Source: a virus (lineage: Duplodnaviria > Heunggongvirae > Uroviricota > Caudoviricetes). Taken from it: a stretch of DNA of 6,892 nucleotides. The notes beneath the pieces are model-generated. The model was not told the DNA's origin. It made no database searches and saw nothing but the letters and a program-made list of their open reading frames with translations. Position numbers and translations under genes: made by a program. This document shows positions 1 through 6,312 of this stretch, piece by piece (positions within the stretch are counted from its first letter, which is position 1; every line of letters begins with the position of its first letter). The DNA is taken from positions 1 to 6,892 of the IMG/VR virus record IMGVR_UViG_2695420617_000001, one strand, 5' to 3'.

Positions 1-1461
1 ATTAGTAAGTGTCTTCGCCAGGAAGTCGAAAGAATCCTCGCGAGGCAATAACTTCAGGTCGTACTCACTCATTTGCTGATCAGAAAGCGGGGTATCGTAA
101 GTAGCAATGCCGTAGCGTGCATATTCATAATACGGGTCACCTTCATCAGGGCGCGGCAGAATTGCTTTGTTACCTTCAGGTATTGCGCCAGGGGCCGCCG
201 GACGCATTTGCAGGGCATATCGATATTCACCTACAGAGACTTCTGGTTCAGGCGAAGAGCTACCGGTATCCTCCGCTGGTTCAGGTTCGACGTTTTCCGG
301 TTTATGTTCTTCTGGTTGGACCAGGTATTCCGATACATTACCCGCTTTATAGGCTTTAAACAGCTTGCCGATCGCATCTGCCATGTCCACACCCTGTATG
401 GATTTAGCCTTGATCATGTACACGCTGCCATCCGAATCGGTTAACTGGATATACCCTTCGCCGTCCTCAATGAATTGCTTCATTGATGCACCATTACTGA
501 GCGTCACTTCCCCGTTCATATGCATACGATTTTTGATACTGGCAAGGCGATCCGTCATCGCGCGAGAGTGTCCACCAGTCGTCCCCGCAGGAGCAATGGT
601 ATCGCGCCCACCAGTGCGATTGAGCTGATCAATCTCCGTCTGCAAACGCTCATTCTCTTCATAAAGAGAATCCGCTTCCGATGCAACAGCGTTAATTTTC
701 TGCTCCAGATCTACCTTCTGCCCTTCTACCGCTGCCACCTGATCCACGAGGTCGCTCATGGCATCCTCTTTCTGGTCACTATCAGCCTGTAGTTGGGTTA
801 TTTCATCAACAAGGGCTTTTTTCTTCTTCTGCGCACGCTGAAATTTTGCCGAGTTTTTCTCTGCAAGGTTGGCAAGTTTCATGGTGACCTGCGCCAGCGT
901 CATATCACGTCCACTCATCGGAGCAACGGTGTGAGTAACGTCTTTTTTATTCAGTAAGAACTGGAAAGCAACCAGCGTATCGCTATTGGTGATCCGGTTT
1001 TCCGCTGTCGGGCTATGAAACAGAATGCTGATAGTCTGACCATCACTGAGCGGAATAATGGCTGGCAGGACCGGCAGCCCGTTAACGTTACGTGCCCGGC
1101 CAATTTCAGCACCGCCGATCGCGCGCGCGCCGCTCTGGGCCACATCCCCCGTTTTATCACTCCCCGCAGAGATTCCGGTACCATTCAGCTTCTGGTTCAA
1201 TGCCCGGACAAATGCCTGCATGGTCCGGTGTAACTGCAAACGAGTAGAACTAATCGCCTCCAGTAAATCCGTAGCACACCAGTGGATCGGCGTGTCATAG
1301 AAGAACGTAGCCTCGATTTCCTCCAGGGTGTTGGATTCCGTCATCAGATAGCGGTCCTCACCGGCCATTAATGCGCGATATTCATCATCAGTCACTGGCG
1401 GGGGAAGCACGTCAAGCCCAGGCTTGATCGTCACCCCTTTATTGATATTGAACTGTTCCAT
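1..1461 (-). CDS. Large structural/antirestriction-type protein, DarA-like (P1 dar operon); partial, C-terminal part lies beyond the window start
   Basis: Hand translation of the minus strand gives one uninterrupted frame from ATG (complement of 1459-1461) to position 1, about 487 codons, beginning MEQFNINKGVTIKPGLDVLPPPVTDDEYRALMAGEDRY. An AGGAA Shine-Dalgarno sits 7 nt upstream. It is missing from the ORF track only because no stop occurs inside the window. The many short plus-strand ORFs at 73-1300 are antisense shadows. It shares the motif TL..V....A.KNSAKFQ followed by a coiled-coil with the upstream 203-aa ORF. The DarA name rests on recalled P1 gene order and the Hdf paralogy, not on a search. 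Confidence 0.6.
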   Translation of the reverse strand, partial: MEQFNINKGVTIKPGLDVLPPPVTDDEYRALMAGEDRYLMTESNTLEEIEATFFYDTPIHWCATDLLEAISSTRLQLHRTMQAFVRALNQKLNGTGISAGSDKTGDVAQSGARAIGGAEIGRARNVNGLPVLPAIIPLSDGQTISILFHSPTAENRITNSDTLVAFQFLLNKKDVTHTVAPMSGRDMTLAQVTMKLANLAEKNSAKFQRAQKKKKALVDEITQLQADSDQKEDAMSDLVDQVAAVEGQKVDLEQKINAVASEADSLYEENERLQTEIDQLNRTGGRDTIAPAGTTGGHSRAMTDRLASIKNRMHMNGEVTLSNGASMKQFIEDGEGYIQLTDSDGSVYMIKAKSIQGVDMADAIGKLFKAYKAGNVSEYLVQPEEHKPENVEPEPAEDTGSSSPEPEVSVGEYRYALQMRPAAPGAIPEGNKAILPRPDEGDPYYEYARYGIATYDTPLSDQQMSEYDLKLLPREDSFDFLAKTLTN

Positions 1462-1462
1462 G

Positions 1463-2065
1463 TTAATTTCCTGCTTTCAGTTGCTTAAGACGGCGTTTGA
1501 GTTCGCCATTTCGGGCCTTTTCGTTATTGAGTCGGCCGGTATCCTTATCCAGCTTCGCCCGCAAATCAGTGATCTGCTGTTGATGGAAAGACACCGAGTT
1601 CTGCGCTGATTTATAAGCGGCAACCACCTGAGCATTCCGCTGTTTTGCCTCTTGCAGGCGCTGAAAGTTGGATTTTACTGCCGGTTTCTTGTCTACCGGA
1701 TTGGCAACACGTTTCGCTTTGGCGATCAGTGATTTCTGGAATTTTGCGGAGTTTTTGCGGGCCGCTTGCCCCATGACGGTACCAAGCGTCTTGATATCCG
1801 GCGACTGAGCGTTAGGAATAGCTTTTCCATTCAGCCTCACAGACGATATATCGCCAGTATCGTTTACCTGTATGGCAAGAATTTGTCCGTCGTTAAGAAC
1901 CAGCTTTGCGGTTTTAACTTTAACGCCATCTTTCGTTGTTGCGCGGTTGCTGGAGTCAACCTCAATTACCGTAACACCGGTTTTATTGATCGCCGCGATA
2001 AGGGATTTCAGCCCCTTTTCATTAACCTGGTCAAAATCGACCGTTGCATACTTATTTTTCGTCAT
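1463..2065 (-). CDS. Hdf-like protein (homolog of DarA fragment), paralogous to the downstream large ORF
   Basis: Track ORF 1463..2074 (-). I prefer the second ATG (2063-2065), which has AGGA 8 nt upstream; the first ATG at 2072-2074 has no SD. Stop TAA at 1463-1465 is 1 nt from the next gene's ATG (TAAcATG). Lysine-rich C-terminal coiled-coil. Shares KNSAKFQ and flanking residues with the large ORF at 1-1461. Confidence 0.6.
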   Translation of the reverse strand: MTKNKYATVDFDQVNEKGLKSLIAAINKTGVTVIEVDSSNRATTKDGVKVKTAKLVLNDGQILAIQVNDTGDISSVRLNGKAIPNAQSPDIKTLGTVMGQAARKNSAKFQKSLIAKAKRVANPVDKKPAVKSNFQRLQEAKQRNAQVVAAYKSAQNSVSFHQQQITDLRAKLDKDTGRLNNEKARNGELKRRLKQLKAGN

Positions 2066-2495
2066 CTGACACATCCTGTGCGAGATTTATTACGTAACTT
2101 CTGCGGATTTGCTGAGTAACAGGGAAAATCCGATACAACGGGTTAATGAACGAGTCGCCATGCGTAACCATGACGTTGAAATGCCACAGCCGTTCTCCTT
2201 TACCCATATATTCAGTGGGTATGTACAACCATTCACTGTTTTCGCCCTGTTCAGCCGACGTCAAACAACGTTGTTCGCCTTCAATCACTGTCGTTGGCTT
2301 CTGAACATCGCGGATCCAATATCTGACCGTTGCGCCGCGCAAAAACGGGAATTTAGACCGGTATTTGAACGGCACCCGGATGAAACCCGGTTTAATTTCC
2401 ACATCACCAAGTTCTAAATGCGTGATGTCCTTGCGTTTTAGCAAATAGCGATCGGCTAAGGCTAACGCAAGAGCGCATACACCCCAGCCAATCAT
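2052..2495 (-). CDS. Putative antiholin/lysis regulator (LydB-like), N-terminal signal-anchor
   Basis: 147-aa ORF with hydrophobic N-terminus MIGWGVCALALALA. Its ATG overlaps the stop of the upstream holin-like gene in an ATGA arrangement (2492-2495), indicating translational coupling. Assignment is by position after a holin and recalled P1 lydA-lydB order; no search done. Confidence 0.45.
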   Translation of the reverse strand: MIGWGVCALALALADRYLLKRKDITHLELGDVEIKPGFIRVPFKYRSKFPFLRGATVRYWIRDVQKPTTVIEGEQRCLTSAEQGENSEWLYIPTEYMGKGERLWHFNVMVTHGDSFINPLYRIFPVTQQIRRSYVINLAQDVSDDEK

Positions 2496-2821
2496 TTCCC
2501 ACCTCCCTTTTTCACCAAACTTGTAAGAACATTCAGAATGCTATCGATATTCACTCGTTTCATCCCTGAAATCACCTCATGACCGTTATTGCTGGCTATC
2601 GTTACCATTAAGTACGTAATTGATAACTCCCAGCCCTCGTGTTGCCCCAATAGGTACGCCACCGCGCCAGCTGTCACTGCAACAAAGATCTCCGTAACCA
2701 ATCCCAACAAATTGCCAGACTGGCGACCGTCTCGGACATCCATCAGGAACGTGCCTATCCCACCAATTACTGAAAGCAGGAGCGCAATAGCAACTGGAGC
2801 TAATTCCTGTGTGTCAAGCAC
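2492..2821 (-). CDS. Holin-like membrane protein (LydA-like)
   Basis: 109-aa ORF with GTG start (complement of 2819-2821) and a strong AGGAGG SD 6 nt upstream. Two to three predicted transmembrane segments (LAPVAIALLLSVIGGIGTFL, LLGLVTEIFVAVTAGAVAYLL) and a short charged C-terminal tail (KKGGGK), as is typical of holins. Confidence 0.6.
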   Translation of the reverse strand: MLDTQELAPVAIALLLSVIGGIGTFLMDVRDGRQSGNLLGLVTEIFVAVTAGAVAYLLGQHEGWELSITYLMVTIASNNGHEVISGMKRVNIDSILNVLTSLVKKGGGK

Positions 2822-2895
2822 AAGTTCCCTCCTACGTTGTCAGGAGGTAATGGTATGCAAAGTAACTTCTCAACCGGTTATGTTGCATAAGAGAC

Positions 2896-3159
2896 TTACC
2901 TATTCAACCGACTTTTGGAACCTTCAATAATAAGCCTGCTATTGGCGCTGAAAATAAGAACCATGCAGCTCTGAAGGCTTTCATTCATGTCCTTATATTC
3001 CGCGAGATACATGCCAATAAAGCCAGCAAGTACGGCGGAAATACATTCGGCCAGCAATTTCTTGCATGAGGACTCGTAACGGTTTTCACATAGCCCACTC
3101 AAATACGAATACACCCCACCAAGAAGGGATAACATCACGATATGTACATAAAATGTCAT
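2896..3159 (-). CDS. Small hypothetical membrane protein (87 aa), first gene of the minus-strand operon
   Basis: ORF with ATG at 3157-3159 and a weak AGGT SD. Two hydrophobic stretches (VHIVMLSLLGGVYSYLSGL, LLAECISAVLAGFIGMYLAEY). Same strand as the lysis/dar genes. Function unknown. Confidence 0.4.
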   Translation of the reverse strand: MTFYVHIVMLSLLGGVYSYLSGLCENRYESSCKKLLAECISAVLAGFIGMYLAEYKDMNESLQSCMVLIFSANSRLIIEGSKSRLNR

Positions 3160-3286
3160 TTTTTACCTATACAACAGTAAGTTGAACAACATTTGAGAAC
3201 GGTATGCACTTTGTGATTTCCACACACACTGGTTTTGTTAATTAAAACCTGTAGCTTGCAATAAATAACGATAGTGGGCAGAAAAT

Positions 3287-3472
3287 ATGCTAATAGGCTA
3301 TGTACGCATATAGACAAATGAACAAAACACAGCTATGCAGTGAAAAGCACTTGAAAGCGCAGGATGTGAGCTAATTTTTGCGAATAAGGCGAGCAGCAAA
3401 AAGGCTGGGCACCCTAGTTTAAAAAAGGTTCTGCGTATGCTTTCCAGAGGTGATACCCTAGTCTCGGACTAG
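3287..3472 (+). pseudogene. Decayed 5' remnant of a Cin/Gin-type serine invertase gene (two in-frame stops, 3' part deleted)
   Basis: Plus-strand translation from ATG 3287: MLIGYVRI*TNEQNTAMQ*KALESAGCELIFANKASSKKAGHPSLKKVLRMLSRGDTLV, then unrelated sequence. This aligns over about 59 codons with the intact invertase in this window (MQIGYIRVSTNDQNTDLQRNALNCAGCELIFEDKISGTKSARPGLKKLLRTLSEGDTLV), with TAG at codon 9 and TGA at codon 19. Homology ends at 3463, exactly at the left arm of a palindrome. Confidence 0.75.
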
Positions 3473-3474
3473 GG
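3456..3474. repeat. Perfect palindrome CCCTAGTC-tcg-GACTAGGG at the invertase-remnant breakpoint
   Basis: Arms 3456-3463 and 3467-3474 are exact reverse complements with a 3-nt spacer. The left arm is the last recognisable invertase codons (ccc tag tc = ..T L V). No flanking T-run on either strand, so it is not a typical intrinsic terminator. Confidence 0.7.
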
Positions 3475-3594
3475 ACAACATTTCGAGGACAGTTTTCATT
3501 AGCGGTCAGCAGGCGCTAGATACATCGAATTGATGTGCCGCGCGATAAATGTACCTATTCTATCAAGATAAATTACACCGACGCGGCATTAGAA

Positions 3595-4167
3595 TTACAG
3601 CTCAGATTGAGTTTGGCGCTTCTCTACAGGATGATAACGATAAATCGTCGATACACCGATATCGTAAATAATTGCCAACTGTTTCCTGCTGTAGCCATTT
3701 TCGATCAACCTCGCTATTTGCTCATGTTGTTCTTTTGTCAACTTCGGGCGACGTCCGCCAATGCGTCCCTGTTCGCGTGCAGCTGCCAGTCCGGCCAGTG
3801 TTCTCTCAACAATTAATTCACGTTCCATTTCTGCTAAAGCACCCATGACATGAAAAAAGAAACGCCCCATGGGTGTTGATGTGTCAATACTGTCTGTCAG
3901 ACTACGGAAATTAACACCTTTTTCCCGCAACTCCTCTATAAGCGTGATAAGGTGTTTCATACTTCTGCCAAGCCTATCCAGCTTCCAGACAACCAGCGTA
4001 TCTCCTTCTGATAACGTTCTGAGCAGCTTTTTCAAGCCTGGTCTGGCTGACTTTGTTCCGCTTATTTTATCTTCAAAAATCAGTTCACATCCTGCGCAGT
4101 TCAGTGCATTTCTTTGTAAATCTGTGTTTTGGTCATTTGTTGACACACGAATGTAGCCAATTTGCAT
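3595..4167 (-). CDS. Serine DNA invertase (site-specific recombinase, Pin/Min/Cin/Gin/Hin family)
   Basis: 190 aa from ATG (complement of 4165-4167), with GAGG SD about 9 nt upstream; the track's TTG at 4176 is probably not the start. Hallmark N-terminus MQIGYIRVSTNDQ with the catalytic serine context, then DTLVVWKLDRLGRS, MGRFFFHVMGALAEMERELIVERT, GRIGGRRPKL and a C-terminal helix-turn-helix (GYSRKQLAIIYDIGVSTIYR). Closest by memory to the Pin/Min subfamily. Confidence 0.93.
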   Translation of the reverse strand: MQIGYIRVSTNDQNTDLQRNALNCAGCELIFEDKISGTKSARPGLKKLLRTLSEGDTLVVWKLDRLGRSMKHLITLIEELREKGVNFRSLTDSIDTSTPMGRFFFHVMGALAEMERELIVERTLAGLAAAREQGRIGGRRPKLTKEQHEQIARLIENGYSRKQLAIIYDIGVSTIYRYHPVEKRQTQSEL

Positions 4168-4221
4168 GAAAAACAACCTCTTTGTTTAGTTAAAAATACA
4201 TCGTTGGTATAGGTAGGGATT

Positions 4222-4247
4222 AAGACTAAAACGTTGGTTTGGGGGAA
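4222..4247 (+). other. Invertase crossover site 1 (26 bp: 12-bp half-sites flanking a 2-bp core), boundary site next to the invertase gene
   Basis: AAGACTAAAACG-TT-GGTTTGGGGGAA. The inner AAAACG/xx/GGTTT pattern matches hix/gix/cix-type sites (for example hixL TTCTTGAAAACC-AA-GGTTTTTGATAA). It lies about 55 bp upstream of the invertase start. Confidence 0.7.
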
Positions 4248-4706
4248 GGCTCAGCATTGCCTGTTGGCGTGCCTGTTCCGTGGCCCTCAGCCACTCCGCC
4301 AACGGGGTGGCTGAAATGCAATGGTGCAGCATTTTCTTCTGAAAAGTACCCAAATCTGGCAAAGGCTTACCCTACTAATAAATTGCCGGATCTACGGGGC
4401 GAATTTATTCGCGGCTGGGATGACGGGCGGGGGATTGACTCTGGCCGTAATTTATTATCTGCACAGAATGATGCAATTCAGAATATTGTTGGTTCTTTCG
4501 GGCGTACTCAGCTTTTTAGAGATGTACTTAGTTCAGGGCCATTTAGTCAACATGGTCAAGTATTATCTACAGGCCTAAAGGAAACGGAAATTATTGAGGG
4601 TTATGGCTCTTATAACTGGACATTCGACGCCTCTCGCTCAGTTCGTACAGCATCTGAAACCCGTCCCCGTAATATTGCATTTAATTACATCGTAAGGGCG
4701 GCATAA
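4236..4706 (+). CDS. Tail fibre C-terminal cassette A (start-codon-less gene segment, silent in this configuration)
   Basis: Open frame from the right half of site 1 to TAA 4704-4706: GLGEGSALPVGVPVPWPSATPPTGWLKCNGAAFSSEKYPNLAKAYPTNKLPDLRGEFIRGWDDGRG, a unique core, then ETRPRNIAFNYIVRAA. The collar-like LPDLRGEFIRGWDDGRG motif is typical of phage tail fibres. No ATG or RBS; the track's M is a TTG. Confidence 0.8.
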   Translation, partial: GLGEGSALPVGVPVPWPSATPPTGWLKCNGAAFSSEKYPNLAKAYPTNKLPDLRGEFIRGWDDGRGIDSGRNLLSAQNDAIQNIVGSFGRTQLFRDVLSSGPFSQHGQVLSTGLKETEIIEGYGSYNWTFDASRSVRTASETRPRNIAFNYIVRAA

Positions 4707-4725
4707 AAACGTTGGTTTAGGGGAA
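4700..4725 (+). other. Invertase crossover site 2
   Basis: GGCATAAAAACG-TT-GGTTTAGGGGAA, same orientation as site 1. The left half-site contains the TAA stop of cassette A. Confidence 0.75.
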
Positions 4726-5175
4726 GGCTCGGCGCTGCCCGTTGGCGTGCCTGTTCCGTGGCCCTCCGCCACACCACCAACGGGGTGGCTGAAATGTAAC
4801 GGAGCAGCATTTTCTTCTGAAAAGTACCCAAATCTGGCAAAGGTTTACCCAACGTTAAAATTACCTGATTTACGCGGTGAGTTTATCCGTGGTTGGGATG
4901 ATGGGCGAGGTGTGGATGCGGGAAGGGTCATCTTAAGCATACAGGGGTGGTTAACAGGAAGTCATTATCATAATATTCGGTCATGGGACGCGTGGGATAA
5001 CACGGTATTGGTGCCAAATGACAGAGGGGGGGATAGTCTGTTGTCGACAGATAACGCCGTCCAAGAAGGAGCGATTAATGGTAAATTTACCAGTCAATAC
5101 AGAACGGAGTTATCTGGGGGGAATGAAACCCGCCCACGTAACATTGCCTTCAATTATATTGTGAGAGCAGCATAA
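4714..5175 (+). CDS. Tail fibre C-terminal cassette B (start-codon-less), translationally coupled to tfa
   Basis: The frame is open from site 2 (GLGEGSALPVGVPVPWPSATPPTGWLKCNG...); the track begins at an internal GTG at 4747. Unique core WLTGSHYHNIRSWDAWDNTVLVPNDRGGDSLLSTDNAVQEG. Ends ETRPRNIAFNYIVRAA with TAA overlapping the tfa ATG (TAATG at 5173-5177). Confidence 0.8.
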   Translation, partial: GLGEGSALPVGVPVPWPSATPPTGWLKCNGAAFSSEKYPNLAKVYPTLKLPDLRGEFIRGWDDGRGVDAGRVILSIQGWLTGSHYHNIRSWDAWDNTVLVPNDRGGDSLLSTDNAVQEGAINGKFTSQYRTELSGGNETRPRNIAFNYIVRAA

Positions 5176-5786
5176 TGGATAATGCGATATTAAATAGCGA
5201 ACTTATAGCCATACAGGCAGGAAACATTATCGTTTATAACTATGATGGTGGTAATCGGGAATATATTTCTGCATCAACTGAATATCTTGCTGTTGGCGTT
5301 GGTATTCCGGCAAATTCTTGTTTGGATGCTCCAGGCTCACATAAAGCAGGTTATGCGATTCTCCGTTCAGAGGATTTAAGTTCATGGGAGTATGTGCCAG
5401 ATCATCGTGGCGAAACTGTCTATAGCATTGACACTGGGAATCCCGAAGAAATCACGGTGTTGGGTGACTATCCGGAAAATACAACCACTATCGCCCCGCT
5501 AACACCATACGACAAATGGGATGGAGAGAAATGGGTGGTTGATACTGAGGCTCAACATAGTGCAGCTGTAGAGGCAGCAGAAACAAAACGTCAGTCATTG
5601 ATTGATACTGCGATGGATTCCATTAGTCTGATTCAGTTGAAATTACGGGCTGGACGGAAGTTGACGCAGGCAGAAACCACGCAGCTTAACTCCGTGCTAG
5701 ATTATATAGACGAGCTGAACGCGATGGATTTAACCACGGCACCAGATCTCAACTGGCCTGAAAAACAACTTTCTACAGCCAGTTGA
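5175..5786 (+). CDS. tfa: Tail fibre assembly protein (Tfa; lambda Tfa / Mu U family chaperone)
   Basis: 203 aa. Recalled lambda Tfa motifs match: IPANS..D.AP, (E/P)DHRG(K/E)TVY, Y(Q/D)KW(N/D)G..WV.DTEA and C-terminal T(S/T)APD(I/L)(E/N)WP. TAATG overlap with cassette B. Confidence 0.9.
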   Translation: MDNAILNSELIAIQAGNIIVYNYDGGNREYISASTEYLAVGVGIPANSCLDAPGSHKAGYAILRSEDLSSWEYVPDHRGETVYSIDTGNPEEITVLGDYPENTTTIAPLTPYDKWDGEKWVVDTEAQHSAAVEAAETKRQSLIDTAMDSISLIQLKLRAGRKLTQAETTQLNSVLDYIDELNAMDLTTAPDLNWPEKQLSTAS

Positions 5787-5791
5787 TATAA

Positions 5792-6298
5792 TTAATCCGC
5801 CCTCACAATATAATTAAATGCAATATTACGAGGGCGGGTTTCTGTACCTACATTTCCACTAATTTCACCATAACGTTTAACACTACGAGAGCTAATAGCT
5901 CGTAGTGAGGAAGGCACCTTATGACCGGGTTCGTCCGTTTTAACTATTCCCCCGTCACCGTATGTAGCTAGTATTCCTGGATTTACGCCTTCCCGTGCAC
6001 TTCCTGCGGCGAGTCCGTCCCCTGTCCATAATTCCATATAGTGTGCATGGTCCAAAATTGTGTGTGGCTGCCAATTAAGCAAAGCGCGGCCAGCATCCAC
6101 CCCGCGCCCATCATCCCAGCCGCGAATAAATTCTCCCCGTAAATCCGGTAATTTATTGGTGGGGTAGGCTTTTGCCAGTTTGGGATACATTTCAGAAGAA
6201 AATGCTGCACCATTGCATTTCAGCCAGCCCGTTGGTGGTGTTTCTAAGGGCCACGGAACGGGCACGCCAACGGGCAATGCTGAGCCTTCCCCCAAACC
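5792..6298 (-). CDS. Tail fibre C-terminal cassette C (start-codon-less, inverted orientation)
   Basis: Minus-strand frame from site 3 to stop (complement of 5792-5794): GEGSALPVGVPVPWPLETPPTGWLKCNGAAFSSEMYPKLAKAYPTNKLPDLRGEFIRGWDDGRG, a unique core, then ETRPRNIAFNYIVRAD. Its stop is 5 bp from the tfa stop (convergent). Confidence 0.8.
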   Translation of the reverse strand, partial: GLGEGSALPVGVPVPWPLETPPTGWLKCNGAAFSSEMYPKLAKAYPTNKLPDLRGEFIRGWDDGRGVDAGRALLNWQPHTILDHAHYMELWTGDGLAAGSAREGVNPGILATYGDGGIVKTDEPGHKVPSSLRAISSRSVKRYGEISGNVGTETRPRNIAFNYIVRAD

Positions 6299-6312
6299 AA
6301 CGTTTTTATGCC
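6287..6312 (-). other. Invertase crossover site 3 (inverted relative to sites 1 and 2)
   Basis: Plus strand TTCCCCCAAACC-AA-CGTTTTTATGCC, which is the reverse complement of GGCATAAAAACG-TT-GGTTTGGGGGAA. It contains the stop codon of cassette D. Confidence 0.75.

Noticed and set aside
73-1300. Several overlapping plus-strand ORFs (73..444, 117..359, 167..352, 365..628, 520..792, 1015..1233, 1058..1300) and minus ORF 951..1184
   Set aside because: They lie in mixed frames antisense to, or out of frame with, one continuous minus-strand reading frame that I translated by hand from 1461 to 1. That frame is absent from the track only because it has no stop in the window. These are shadow ORFs.
1424-2930. 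Plus-strand ORFs 1424..1609, 1766..2119, 1872..2069, 2109..2417 and 2589..2930
   Set aside because: Antisense to the tightly packed, translationally coupled minus-strand genes (hdf-like, lydB-like, lydA-like). No RBS support.
3456-3474. Palindrome as rho-independent terminator of the invertase gene
   Set aside because: It is about 120 nt beyond the invertase stop and has no T-rich tract on either side.
3400-3540. Possible tRNA or small RNA gene in the invertase-proximal intergenic region
   Set aside because: No acceptor-stem or T-arm arrangement or GTTC-type T-loop could be assembled on either strand. The sequence is explained as decayed invertase coding sequence.
3535-4156. Plus-strand ORFs 3535..3816 and 3869..4156
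   Set aside because: Antisense to the clearly conserved invertase gene, with low-complexity translations.
4167-4176. TTG at 4174-4176 as the invertase start (track ORF begins MFFMQ)
   Set aside because: The ATG three codons downstream gives the canonical invertase N-terminus MQIGY(I/V)RVSTNDQ and has a GAGG SD at suitable spacing.
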